Source: Calcarisporiella thermophila CBS 279.70 (Eukaryota; Fungi; Calcarisporiellomycota). Taken from it: 64,000 nucleotides of DNA. The notes beneath the pieces are model-generated. The model was not told where the DNA came from and did no database searches. It was given only the letters and a program-made list of their open reading frames with translations. The translations under genes were made by a program, and so were the position numbers. This document shows, one piece after another, positions 26,001 to 38,216 of the stretch. Numbering within the stretch: the first letter of the stretch is position 1; the number at the start of each line of letters is the position of its first letter. The DNA lies in NCBI RefSeq assembly GCF_041956535.1, contig NW_027192197.1, forward strand, positions 693,829 through 757,828, read 5' to 3'.

Positions 26001-27323
26001 TTATCTCTCCACCACCACTCTTTCCAAATGGGATGATCGCGTCTGAATCGCCTTCCTCAAGCTTTTGATCCACCTCCTGTGCCATGCCGAGACCCCGACG
26101 GCAAAGAGGGAGGCGGCCGAGGCCACAATGCCGCAGGCATAGAGTCCTCCCCACGCTGAAAACTCCTTGACGGATGACGGAGGGTGGGTCCACATCAGCA
26201 ATGAGATGGGGTACTGGGTAAGACTCGCAACGTTGATTGCGATGGCGTGAAGCAGCAACCCCGGAAGCAGCGAGAGGCTTGGATCGTGAGTAAGATTCAT
26301 ATGTTCCGGGCGATGGGTGAGAGGAGGCTGCGAGGATAGAGACACATTCTGTGCAGCCGCCGAAGCAGGCCGTTCAGAGAGGCTGCATCGGTGAACATGA
26401 TTTGAGGAAGCGCGGTGAGGGTGCCTGCGCAGCGCGTGGCTCGATGCTCGGCGGTGAGCGTGGTGGCGATGGTGGTGACGATGGCACCGGTGATGGTGTG
26501 AATTGCGGTGCCGAGAGTGGCGACAGGGCCTCGAGCGATGTCTTCTTTCATGGCCCGCCGTCGTCAAATGCGAGGCTCGGGACGGAACGCTTGGCGACGA
26601 GGGGGACTGAGAAATAGACTGAGAAATGGGCAAAGAGGTGTTTGTGCCGACCCACCCACTATCCCGTCGGAGCCAACTCGGCTCCGCGGTCTTTGTGTTT
26701 GCCACGGCTCCCTTTCCCCGCGTGGACTTCCGCTGCTCAACCATCCTCCGGATCACCCGCCAAAGCTGTGAAGCGCGCTGAGGATGGCTCACGACCGTGA
26801 CAAAAAAGAGGGAGGTGCTGGCAAGCTGCCAGGATGTATCCACCCAAAAAACGCGGCTGTCCTCGGGCCCATTGGTAGCACTAGGCTTGAGGGTTTGTGC
26901 ATTGGTGGCAATTAGGAATCCGGTCGCGGCAAGGCACACGAGCAAGCTTGGAAAATGAATTAAATGCACACGTCTCGATTCACTCAGAAGCCCCAACACC
27001 GCCTTTTCATTCACCTTTCTCTCTGCATCCTTGGCGGGTGGGGCATGCTTCGCCTCCGACACAATTGATGGCGGGGGTACAGATGGGAGCGCCAGGGATG
27101 GCGTCGATTGATTTGCCTCGTCATCGATGTCGGCCCTCTCTTGCTCCTCTGCCCTATAGTTCTGCACTAATGGGCTGCGGGATTCGGATTTGAAGATCGA
27201 GTGAGGGGGGGTGGCGAGCGAATCGCGCCGGGGTGGAGGGGAGAGCGAGGGAGGGGTAGCCTGCGGGGTGGGAAGCGAATGGGCTCTCGGACGAAATGAC
27301 CATGCTATCACGGCCGTCTGCAT
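26001..27323 (-). CDS. DUF2985-like multi-pass membrane protein with His/Arg-rich loop, intronless
   Basis: About 4 hydrophobic segments; RVFWVDTSWQL..SLF..VVSHPQR and INVASLTQYPISLLMW resemble DUF2985; His-rich insertion. Confidence 0.55.
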   Translation of the reverse strand: MQTAVIAWSFRPRAHSLPTPQATPPSLSPPPRRDSLATPPHSIFKSESRSPLVQNYRAEEQERADIDDEANQSTPSLALPSVPPPSIVSEAKHAPPAKDAERKVNEKAVLGLLSESRRVHLIHFPSLLVCLAATGFLIATNAQTLKPSATNGPEDSRVFWVDTSWQLASTSLFFVTVVSHPQRASQLWRVIRRMVEQRKSTRGKGAVANTKTAEPSWLRRDSGWVGTNTSLPISQSISQSPSSPSVPSRASHLTTAGHERRHRSRPCRHSRHRNSHHHRCHRHHHRHHAHRRASSHALRRHPHRASSNHVHRCSLSERPASAAAQNVSLSSQPPLTHRPEHMNLTHDPSLSLLPGLLLHAIAINVASLTQYPISLLMWTHPPSSVKEFSAWGGLYACGIVASAASLFAVGVSAWHRRWIKSLRKAIQTRSSHLERVVVER

Positions 27324-27764
27324 GTTGAGGATATACTATGGGTATCGGTAGGGTGTCGACCTCTCAGGGGGGGGAGGGAACCCATTGGGTCAATCAGAAT
27401 AGCAGAGGCTCGAATGGGATTCAGGAATGAGCAATAACCAACGGTTCAACCGATATTTTAAACGCGGCCGCCTTGCCATTCCCTTTTATTTTTCACCCGT
27501 CATTTTATTTCTCGCCCTTCCCTCCCTAGCTGCAATTCTTTTATATTGGAGTAACCTTCTTGGCTTGGATCAAAATTAGTTAAGACAATTATCACTATAT
27601 GTGGAAAAATGAAAAATTTGGGTTGAGAGTTCGACACAGAAAAAACAAAGCGCGGAATAAATAAGAACAAAAACATTCACAAACAATTAAAAGGCGTATT
27701 AAGCAACGCAGCACAATAGGGGAAAACAATCAAATCAAGTAGAAGCGCGAATCAAAGCATATGC

Positions 27765-27790
27765 GGGGGAGGGGGAGGGGGGGGGGGGGG
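27765..27790 (+). repeat. Poly-G tract just downstream of the LRR gene stop
   Basis: gggggagggggaggggggggggggg run. Confidence 0.8.
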
Positions 27791-27800
27791 TTGAAAAGAT

Positions 27801-29638
27801 TCAGATCAACGGTATGGAGCTGAGAAATCTCTCTCTCGCCTGTAACTCACTCCTCGCCTCTCCTCTGTCGCCCCTCTCGCACCCACACGCCTCCAGCACA
27901 TATTCGTCCTCGTCCTTCCCGAAATCGGTCTCGTCGGGATCGTATCTCCATGCACCTGCAAAGCTCTTCGCATACTCCAAAATTTGCGCCACCTGGTCAT
28001 CGGAGAGGAGACGAGGGCTGGTATTCATCGCACGCAGGATGTGCTCCAAAACCTCGGGAGGGAGAGCCGCCAGATTGGGCCCCGGCTCCAAGGGTTGCGC
28101 GTGCAGCAGGATACGAGCCGCAGCAATCATATGGAACACCAGGGAGCGGCGTCCTTCGGCAAGCTCCAAATTGGCGGCCAGGAGGCGGTGCACTCGCGTC
28201 GTAGCGTCGCTCCACCCGCTGAGGGAGGCTCTTCTCTCGCTCCCCGTGGGGGTCCTCCCGGCCAAAAGCTCGGACCCCCGGGATGGCGGCGGCGGGGAAC
28301 GCGCTCTGAGCGTGGTGATTCCCCCGCCCAAGCATCTTCCATGGGAAAAGCCAAGCTCGCACAGCGTGGTGTTCACGGCGAGGACCTCCTCGAACATAGA
28401 GATGGCCTCGTCCGACAGGTCGTTGAACGCCAGGTTGATACTTCGGAGGCTGCGGTTCAGCTTGAGGGATTTTGCGAGCGCGGCGATGCCCGCATCCGTG
28501 ATGAGGTTCGAGGAGAGCACCAGGTGTTCGAGGGTGGAGGTGGTGGGGAGAGCGGCGGCCAACGTGGTGACTCCAGCGTTGCCCAGACAGCACTCGTGCA
28601 GCACCAGCGTCCTCAGGCGAGAACTGGGGAGCGCCTCCGCGAGCGTGGCCACGCCTTCGTCCGTGATGAGCGTGTCCGTCAGGTTCAGGGAGGTGAGGAC
28701 ACAGCAGTGGTGGAGCCCCCGTCCAATCTCTAGCCCGCCCTCCGCGCGAATCAAATTCCCATCCAAGTTCAGATCGCGCAGCACGGTGGCGCCGTGGAGC
28801 CCGCGCCCCAGGTCGATGGCCCCCACCCTCGAGATCTTGTTGTGGGCCAGGTGGAGGGAGCGCAGCCCGGTGGCGGCAAGGATATTGCCGATGGAGTGGG
28901 CACCCACGTCCGTGATGTTGTTCTTGTTGAGGATGAGGCGGCGCAGGCCGCTCTCGGTGCCCGCAATGAGGGCATCGAACAAAAGCGTGACGCCCTCATT
29001 GCCGATGAAATTCTCGCTGAGGTCTAGCGTACGCAGGGTGCGGTTGTTGATGATCCCAACGGCAAGGCGTCTCACCCCTTCAACGCCAAGCCTATTACTT
29101 GAAATGTTAAGAGTATCAATACGCGCCTAATGATCTCCAGAGATGACATTAAGACAAAGGAATGGGTCAGCATCCTGAAGCATGCTCATGTTACCTGATT
29201 GGAGACGAGTACCTCGCTAAGCATCTGTGCTCCATGGGTGCCCAAATTGTTGCCCGAGAGATCCATGACTCGGATCCACACACATGGTGGTCGCGTCACC
29301 AACCGACCTTCGCGCGTGACCGTGTACGGGTGGGTGCGGCCGGCAAGGTAGTTGGCGAGAATGGCCAACTTCTGGTGGCCCAGATTTTGACCCGAGAGGT
29401 CGACTATGTGAGCCGCGTGCTCGTGCGCTAGGCGGAGGCGCATGACGAGATTGGGGACGGAAATTACCGAGGGGCGGCCGCTATGCAAGGCCGGGGTCGA
29501 GTCGACCGAGGATCGGCGGAGCTGGGATATGGAGGAGGAGGAGGCCGGAGGATGTAAGAGGCGACGGGCATTGCGAATGGCATCGGGGGAGAGACGGTAT
29601 TCATAGCGCTTGCCTGAGGAACCAATGCCAAAATTCAT
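27801..29638 (-). CDS. RNI-like leucine-rich repeat protein (one intron at about 29128-29192)
   Basis: Repeated 28-aa units LxxLxLxxNxIxxxGxxxLxxxL; C-terminal LPPEVLEHIL motif. Confidence 0.88.
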
Positions 29639-31047
29639 TCACGAAGACGGTTCTAGATAGGTTGCGTAGAGGCGATGATGGAAGAAAGCAAGCTCAATAT
29701 ATCCGTGCAGCGGCGGGAATGGCGAGTGGATGCGAGGCTTCTCTAACTGTGGCCAGGGAAATGCGGATATGGGAGAGAAAGAGGGGGGAAAGAGAAACGG
29801 GAGCAGTGAAGCTCAGGCGAGTGGCTCAAATCGCCAATCCTGGCCCAGAAAGTCAAGGAACGTGAACGTCACTTTTCTCCGATTTTTCCTTCCCCTTGCG
29901 AGGGGTCACCCCCTCCCTCTCCTCCACACAAAGCTTCTTGATGAGTCAAAATGAGCGTGACACAAGCTCGCCGGATTCCACCCTAAGTTCAAGGGGCCGG
30001 GAGAGGGCCAGCCGCGCGCCTCAGCCTGGCCCGCCCTCCCCAGGCTAGCCCAAGGGCGGCCATGCGGGAAGGCCTGCTCGCTCATGTGAAACCGCTGCGG
30101 AGGGGAGAGAGGCTCTGAGGCCAGCACGGCCCCACCGGCATGGGAAGATAGAACCTTAAAAAGCGGCTAGCTTGATCAGCCGCGCTACTCCATGAGGCTC
30201 ACCGCCTCTCCGAACCCAGGCGCCCATTTGCGTAGAACCGCAGTGGTGGTGCGTAAGTATCGAGTGCAGCATTGCAAGGGCCCATTGGCAGAGTGCGTCT
30301 GCTCTTAGTGGCTGCAGCTCTTCATTTCACGGAATGCCATCGGCTGTAGGGCTTGCATTTGACGGGAGGCACATGAAAAACAAATCAAATATACTTGCCA
30401 TTGGTTTCATAGGGGGGCCAATGCTCAGCCATGCGCCGGAATCCTAATAAACAGGTATGAAGGGGCAATAGAAGGGAGGATGGAAGTGGCTTTTAAGCCT
30501 TGGGCCCATGAGTCCCATGGTTAGACCTGGAAGGGAAGTCCTATGCTCGCATCCAGAGAACCACTCAAAGATCGAGTCCATTCATCCTGGGGCCAGCCAT
30601 GAACGCCATAGGCCAGATAGCCCGGGCCTCTCTATTACCAGACGTTGGCGCTGTGGACAGAAATGAAAATACGCTATAGATTAGTTTGCTATTTGGTTCT
30701 ATCTCTACCGTCGTAATTGAGTTTTGCGTTGTAGCATCCCGTGTTTGGAAAAATCCCAGAATTTCCAAATCAGAAATGACGAGTTACAAGAACCAAGGGG
30801 GGGACACTTCTGGCATAGCATCTTTCGCGGAAATAACAATATCCGCATTCCATAAGGTTGAATGGAACACCAGAGTTTGCAAGGTAGCTCAAAGGACTTT
30901 AAGCTTCCAAGAGGTGTCACCAAATCAATCTCTTTATTGTCTGGATTCTCAGCAGCTTGTTTTACATAGGAAGAGTGGTAATGGTAGTAATATAGGTTGC
31001 AATACATATAAACACATGTTGGGGTAGATGGGATTGGCTCTCGAAGC

Positions 31048-33013
31048 TCATGACGAATGGCGCGGGCGAACGCGCATGCGATAGCGGTTCGATCTTAATC
31101 CCACGGTGATGTAGTTGACTATCTCTTCGGGCTGCCCTTGGATATCTTCAAACTCGAAGCAGTGCAGCAGGGTGACCAGGGCCATCCGGAGCTCCATCAA
31201 AGCAAAGCTAGAATTCAAAAAGGAGCCAATGAATGCCCCACCCAAATGAGAGGAGGTCCAGGGTAATCTTTTAAAAGGAAGCTTACTTTTTCCCGATACA
31301 GTTGCGCGTCCCACTGCTAAATGGCATGTACGCCTCTCGCGGGTAATCCTCTAAAAATCTCTCCGGCTTGAACTCGTGCGCATCCGCGCCCCATATCTGT
31401 TTGTTCTTGTGAGCGATGGGAAAATTGGCTATCACGTTGGTGCCCGCAGGCAGATGGTACCCCTCCACGGTCGCAGGCTTGGTCAAATGGCGGATCACGC
31501 CCAACTCCGTCACGGGCCGGACGCGGAGCCCCTCATTGATCACCGCATTGAGGTAAGGGAGGTGCTTGATGGCGTTATGGGAAGGAATGTCGCAGGATCG
31601 ATCAGGCAGAACACGGTCGATCTCCTCGAGAAGGCGTGCCAGAACGGACTTGTGCCGAAGCAACAAAAGCAGAATAAAGAACAGGGTGCCTGAAGTGGTC
31701 TCACTTCCCGCAAACCTAGTTAGGATAAAGCAGATAAGAGCGAGAAGTTGCATTCCATGTTCCATCCATGCGTTTTCTTCCTCACAAGAAAATTTCCACC
31801 TGTGCTCGAACCTGATTGTCGGTCAACGCCTGCGCTTCTGGGTCCTGTGCATCTAGCAATAATTGCAAGATATCCGTCCGCTTGGCATCTGCTGAGTTTC
31901 TGCGGTCGGTGATGATTTTACGCATATGCTGTGAAAAATAGAGGGGGTAAAATAGTCAGCAATTCTGCCGCGAGGACCCCTTGCGCGTTCAACGTGAAAT
32001 ACTAACACTGTCAATCTCTGCTTCCTGCTTACTTCCGTTCAGCACAGGGATATACCGAATGAACGGGAAGACCGATTCCTGTGTTTCAGGCTCTTTGAAT
32101 AAGTTTAAGAACAACAACGCCTTCAGTTCAACCTGGCCTTACCAGCATGGCACCTTGCATGAGATAGCGAATGTTATCTGGCAGCGGATGCTCGCCCTTC
32201 GACACTAGATTGAAAGGGGTCCCAAATGCCGTTTCGCCAATGATATCCTAAGAAATTAAACCGAATTAAATCCAGGGGGGGAATGAGGTTATCGCTAGAC
32301 CAACTTCCACCCATACCAATGCCAAGCGCTGCGTCAATAGGTACATATCGATGGCGGCCTCTCCTCCTTGACTCTGACACTCCGCCCTTACATGCTCCAC
32401 CAGTTCTTGCATACAGCTCTGGAAGAAGGTCTCGAGCATATTGAGAGAGCTAATGGAAAAAGCAGGCGAGAGCATTCTTCGCAAGACTTTGTGCCTGCTC
32501 TTGTCTCTATGCGCGATAGAATATGATTTTAGCACTCTTCACGCGCCACTGACGTAGAAAAGAGGGGGTGAACACTCACGTTAAGGTGAAGATGTCTTCG
32601 CCATGCGACCCTTGAAGTTTTTCGTAATTAGGCCCTTTGGGAAAATCATCCTTCCTCAAGATTTGCTGTAAAGCACTTGGACTAGTGAATGAAACGCACC
32701 CGGGATTGTAGACCACCACGGGACCATATTGCTCGTGAAGCTTTTTCAAATACTCATAGCTATTCCCTTTTATCACGCCCAGCAACGTGGTAAGGCCCGT
32801 TACTCGTAAGTGAAATGGCCCTGGAATGTGGCGAAGCGGAGAGAAGAATTTCTCGTAAACGATCGAATAGCCGTACTTCATAGCAAAGACAGTGGCGAAA
32901 AGACTTGCGCCCACAGTAAGGGGATCATTAGACCGGAGGTTCGAAATGAGTTGACCCCACCCGGTGGGGGGCCATGAAAGGCGCAAAAGATCATTGAAGA
33001 AGGAATCCATCAT
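31048..33013 (-). CDS. Cytochrome P450, multi-exon
   Basis: N-terminal anchor, PGP hinge, FAGSETTS (I-helix), EGLR (ExxR), PERF and FSSGTRNCIG heme motif; exons splice in frame. Confidence 0.95.
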
Positions 33014-34527
33014 GCTAATGTTGTGTGGAAGTGAGCTGGACGAAATCCAGGCGCGAAAGTCATGTTTATAAACTCATTCCCGCATGCTTGGAGAGCAGCC
33101 TGCCCAACCCAAGTGCGCCTCATTTCGGTTTAATATGGGATAAAACAGGAGTGTTGCTTTAGAAAAATGCGACAAAAAGGGCAAGTCCAAATTTGGCCTG
33201 TTACTAATGATCCCATTTGGGGAGAGCGATGTGCTCGGAACCGCAATCGAACCTTCCATAGTCGACACCAAGAAAAATTTCCTTGCCAAGAGCGGAAGCC
33301 CGCTCTGAATGCGGGTGGATTTGATTCGACGTGAACGTATCGGGAGCATCTATGTAGTGGAACGCGCCTACATTAGATGCTCTCAATGAAAAAGGAAGAT
33401 TTCCAGTTACTAATGAGAATTTCGAGAACACTAGCCCTCGCAACGGAAACGGCATCGGGGAGAATGTCAATGGATAGCGCTCGTCGACCTTCTCTTCTTG
33501 CTGTGCGAATAAAACTTCACTCATAGCATGTGGTGGTGGTATGCGGGGAGCAACCGCATTTGATAGCCGCACTCCTGCGAATTCCTCTCTTTCTCTCTCT
33601 TGCTCTCGCTTAATGTTCTCAACGCAAACATGCGTTGCTACATAACGAGAATGGACACTCCTGACCTCACTAAGATCGCGTGCTACCTCAACCTAGAAAA
33701 GTTAGCGGTTTGAGCGATGTTTATCGCGCAATGCTCCCATGCATCCTTTATCTTGTTGTCAAGCTCTCCCGTATGAAAGAGGGCACTTCGGCAAAACCCG
33801 CTAATTGAAGTTTAATGGTTGGCTATGGAGACTCAAGATACTCCGCGGCTCGGGATTATCCGATACACGGTAAAGATTGGCTTTAGAATGATATTTCAAC
33901 ATGATAATTTTCTAATAGTTGAAAATTGTGACAAAGGGATATGAATTAAAGTGCCTTTTAAGAATTGTTTTTAGGACTTTCCTTTGGGTTTCAGCATTGC
34001 TATGTAAGGGATATTTCAAGCAGAGTTCAAGAAAACAGAAACTCTAAATAGCAAAAATATTTAGTCTTGCAGTGAGATTCTCTAGCGGAGTCTAGAGAAT
34101 CGGGTTGTTGGTAGACTGTTAGCATAGAGTGACGAAAGCGAGGGATACAACTTTTTTTTTTGATCAATCAATGGAAACTTTTATTTAATTTCCATATATT
34201 ACATGAGGTTAATGTCAATGGACTTAACGAGATATAGGTGCTTGATCGATAGGCATGCAATCGATATGCGTGTATCGTAGTTGTCGTGAATAGCATGTAC
34301 GTGAAATCGATGTAATCTTTGTACTTAACGTAGGAGGAACCTTTTCAATAATGAAGACTCAATTTCTGATCAAGTGGACAGCAGTCACAAACTAAGTGCT
34401 GGAACGAGGGATACAACTTGTAACTTACAAGTCTCTGTACCCCATTTCTTAATAATTTATGAGGCGCAGTTCTCCTCAATTTATTCACTACCCCGCCATA
34501 CTCTGACCTGGAATAACTCTAACGTTT

Positions 34528-35006
34528 ATGCACGATCGTCTCGCTCTCATTGCTGCCCACATGTCCTCCGCCAATACCGCCATTAAGCGCAGTCCTATTA
34601 CCTGCCATGTTCTTGACTCTTCGAGCGGAATCCCTGGCCGTGGCATTGTAGTACAGCTTGATCGCCTTACTGCCTCTTCCACATTTCAAACCCTTGCGAC
34701 TGGGGAGACCGACGACGATGGTCGCTGTTCTACCCTACTTCAACCTGGCATTCAGCTCGAGGCTGGGTTGTATAAAATGAAATTTGAGACGGGCAGGTAT
34801 TTCGAGAAGAAAGGCGGCCAATGCTTTTATCCCTACGTGGAGGTAAGGGCTGAATGGAAAAAAAGAAAAAAAAATGCTTAGGTCCATTCTAAATCCTTTT
34901 TCACAATCCTGCCTAGATTATATTTAACCTAGAAAAACCAAATGAGCACTACCACATTCCACTTTTATTGAGTCCATACTCTTATACCACCTACCGTGGC
35001 AGTTAA
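34528..35006 (+). CDS. URAH: 5-hydroxyisourate hydrolase (transthyretin-like) with PTS2-like N-terminus
   Basis: ITCHVLD, TDDDGRC, FYPYVE, HYHIPLLLSPYSYTTYRGS* signature; intron 34843-34916. Confidence 0.95.
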
Positions 35007-35123
35007 GTGAGCACGTGCTCATGTTGAATAAATATTGGCTTGCAATGCCATGAAACATTAAGTATTAGGCGTGAATATAAATGAAGAGCGAGTAGAATAA
35101 TAAAATTACAAAAGAAAGCCCCT

Positions 35124-37333
35124 TCAAACATTTCCCTCCTTGGTGGCCGCCTTTTCCTTCTTGGGTTGGGGGCGACGACGACACTGAGATCGTAGCATCA
35201 AATAGAGAATTGAAATTGCCACGATAAGGGCGATAAGTACGCATGCTACAACGATCGCGATGAGCTTCCAGTTTGGCCCTCCTCCAGGGGCGCCTTCTGG
35301 CCGGGATGAGGTCAGATTGGCGTAATAGGGTGGCTCCGACGTCGTCTGAACCATATAGGCTAGAAGATTTTGTAGAGGCTTGAAAATTGGTATTAGCCAA
35401 AATGGGTCCCTGCTTCATGAGGATTTCTTTAGTTACCACATTGTAATCTATTGCGATCTCGTTCGTCTTCCAATTGCTAATATCATCGCTGAACCAATCA
35501 TCTTTGCCAGGCCCTCCGACGAGCGCCCCGTAGACTACGTATTTTACTGGATTTTTCATCATTGCAAACCCGGCGTAGCCGTGAGCAAGCGCACTGTGTG
35601 GATTTTTAGGACTGTTGGAGTGCGCGCCGATAATGTAGGGGGTGTTCATGGGGTTTTTACCCATCACATAGTCCCACTATTTGGATCGACCCATGAGAAG
35701 GCGAGAAGTTAGTGAACACTTATGGTTAAGCACGAACAGCTCATCCATGGGCACTTGCCTGACTCTTTACAAATCCATAGTAGCTGTCGTTCTTCTTGCT
35801 ATCAACCTTGTTGACATATTGCACCATCAGCCAAGCCGTGTTCAAAGGAGGCTGAAGAGAATTCGAGTCCGAGCTACCGTCGCACCACAACAGTCCGCCC
35901 TTGGTTCTCCCGCATCCCCCACCATTCGGTTTCGCTTTTGCGTCCAAATAGCGCTCTGCCTCCTTTTTGTACCTGGGGTTAGAGGGATCGATTTGTGCGC
36001 CAAGAACATACACAGCCCCGGTCTGGTCAGCCCAGTCGAGCGGCAAATTCAGCCCTGCTAGTTTAAATTGGTCAAAGTATGCACTGGCTTTTTGTGCATA
36101 AACCATGTCGTTCGTCGCTCGATACAACCACCTAACAAAAACAGAACTGAATGAATTCCCCTAGGCAGAGGCTCTACTTCTAGTGTAGTGAAGGGTTACA
36201 GTGCTCCCCAGGCTAGCTCGTCCCCGTATGAAGTCGAGGAAGAATAAAAGTTTCCGGCGGCGGGAACAGAGTCGGAGTAGGCCATAAACGGCAATGTCTC
36301 GGCAAACGCATACAGGGATTTGGCGTGTGAAAGAAGCGTATCTGCGTACACTTCATTGTTAAAGAGCTGCCGAAAGACGATCGAATTGGCAGCAAAGGCG
36401 GCCGCCGTGGACGCAGAGACATCCGTGCCTCTCGCTTCAATGGATATTTTGAAGGAGAGCCTGGGTTTGGGGATATCAGTGTCCGGACCCCAATCTGCGA
36501 ATGAAGTAGACACCGTCAAGCAACAATACACGTCTCATCACGAAATAAAAAATTCACGCGGCTCTTACAATTATTATCCACAGTTCCTGTTCCGACCTGT
36601 ACAAACAGCGTTGTATTAGTCGGATGGGCTTTAATGAGCCAGTCCGTTCCCCATTTAAGCATATCTTTCAAGTGCTCGGATTGCTTCGCGAGCACGTAGC
36701 CTTCGAAGTACTCAAGCGCACCCCAAGCAATGTGGGTTAGAGCGAAGGCGAGCGGAAACGTGAATTTCATATCTAATGAGGCAGAGTTGAAATAAAATCA
36801 CGGTAAGAGTAAATTGGGCAAGCGGAGCCATTAGATTGTGGGTAGGTACAATTGCCAGCATCGTAGTAGCCTCCGACCAAGTCCACATTCTGGTCCCGCC
36901 CATCCTCGAGCCCTGAATCATGCCGCCTAAAATGGGCAATGTTAATATGGATCGGATGGTATCTCTGACCTCAGATTTAGGCCTACCAGGGTACTCGATT
37001 GTTTGAGGGAAGTTTTCCACTTCGCTGTGCTTCGTAGAACAGCAAGGAAAAATCCAACAGTTTCATGTATTCTGGATTTGGGAACTTGTTCTCCCTAATG
37101 GGGCCGGGGTTGCTGGTCGACTGTGCTACATATTCGGTCGTAGTTGCAGGCGAAGAGGTAGGGACAAAGCTTCTGGTTTCCGTGGTAGCAGAGGTAGCTA
37201 TTTGGGTAGGTATACTCGCGACGGTAGGCCATTCATTGGTGGCATATATATCCTCAGAGGTATACGAGCTCTGTGCCAGAGAGAAGACAAACAATAGGCT
37301 TGGAAGGATAAGTAAAATTAAGAAAGCGTTCAT
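35124..37333 (-). CDS. Glycoside hydrolase family 9 protein with signal peptide and C-terminal transmembrane anchor
   Basis: SLLFYEAQRSGKLP..NRVPWRHDS, GGYYDAGNYMKF, LKWGTDWLIKAH, YGDELAWGALWLYRAT and GALVGGP..D...D......NEIAIDYN; hydrophobic C-terminal segment followed by a basic tail. Confidence 0.93.
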
Positions 37334-38216
37334 GGTTGTATTATGTTTTCTTCCTGTACTATAGATATCTATCTATTGCGGGGTGAATATGTGCAGTGTT
37401 ATAGACAAAGCAAGGGGGTAATATCTATGCTGTGTATAATAACTATGTGCAGATGAGAATGGTGGAATACATGGTCTGGAGGGCAGCGCCAACGAGGAAT
37501 GGTTGTCGATAATGTCGACGAAATGGGAAGAGCAAATGAAACTATACAATAGTACAGAGTTGCCGCTCTTGTTGCCGGATTCGGTGGTCCTGGAATATAT
37601 AGAGGTGGCCAAAGGGGTAATTAAGGTAATGATCGATTAAGCGTTAAAACCTGATTCTTGCCGTATTGAGGCTGATTAATTTATTTGTCATGCCGCTACT
37701 ATTACCGTACAAGATCTTCTCTCCAATATAAACGTGTTTTTCCATGGTCGAAATCTCTCCATGAAATGCCACGAAAAATACCACAAAATAGACTGAATAT
37801 GCCCACCGTATCTTCGAATACTCACAACAGGTGCGCATGCGACTGAATATTGACATGTGGACACCGGAAAAAAAGGTCGCAGGCAGCATATGTGTGCCAG
37901 ATTTCATTAATTTCCAAAACTAATCCGATTTCGATCAATAATGCAATCTGTCAAAGGTTTCGCTTTCTGTTTTAGGGTTTCAGGGGTTTGAGTCAAATTC
38001 AAATAATCCATAATTAAGACCACCATCGATGAATGGGAAATGAACATAATAACCAAAACGGTATTAACAGAGTCTATCTAAGCCCCCTCCTCCGCCTCCA
38101 TCTGTATATTGCTATAGTGGGAAGATTAATAGAAAAGGAAAAAGAAAAAGAAGAAGGAGTAGAAGAAGAGAGAAAGAGTACAATTAAAAGTGGATAAATA
38201 TTATATAAAAAAAAAA

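Noticed and set aside
27814-29130. 438-aa plus-strand ORF and other long ORFs overlapping the LRR gene
   Set aside because: Antisense shadow of a GC-rich coding sequence; Ser/Arg-rich with no recognisable domain
30565-31007. Possible decayed P450 fragment downstream of the CYP gene
   Set aside because: Only vague resemblance across broken frames; no diagnostic motif
31048-37333. P450 + HIU hydrolase + GH9 as a metabolic gene cluster
   Set aside because: Functions are unrelated; no backbone synthase or cluster transporter
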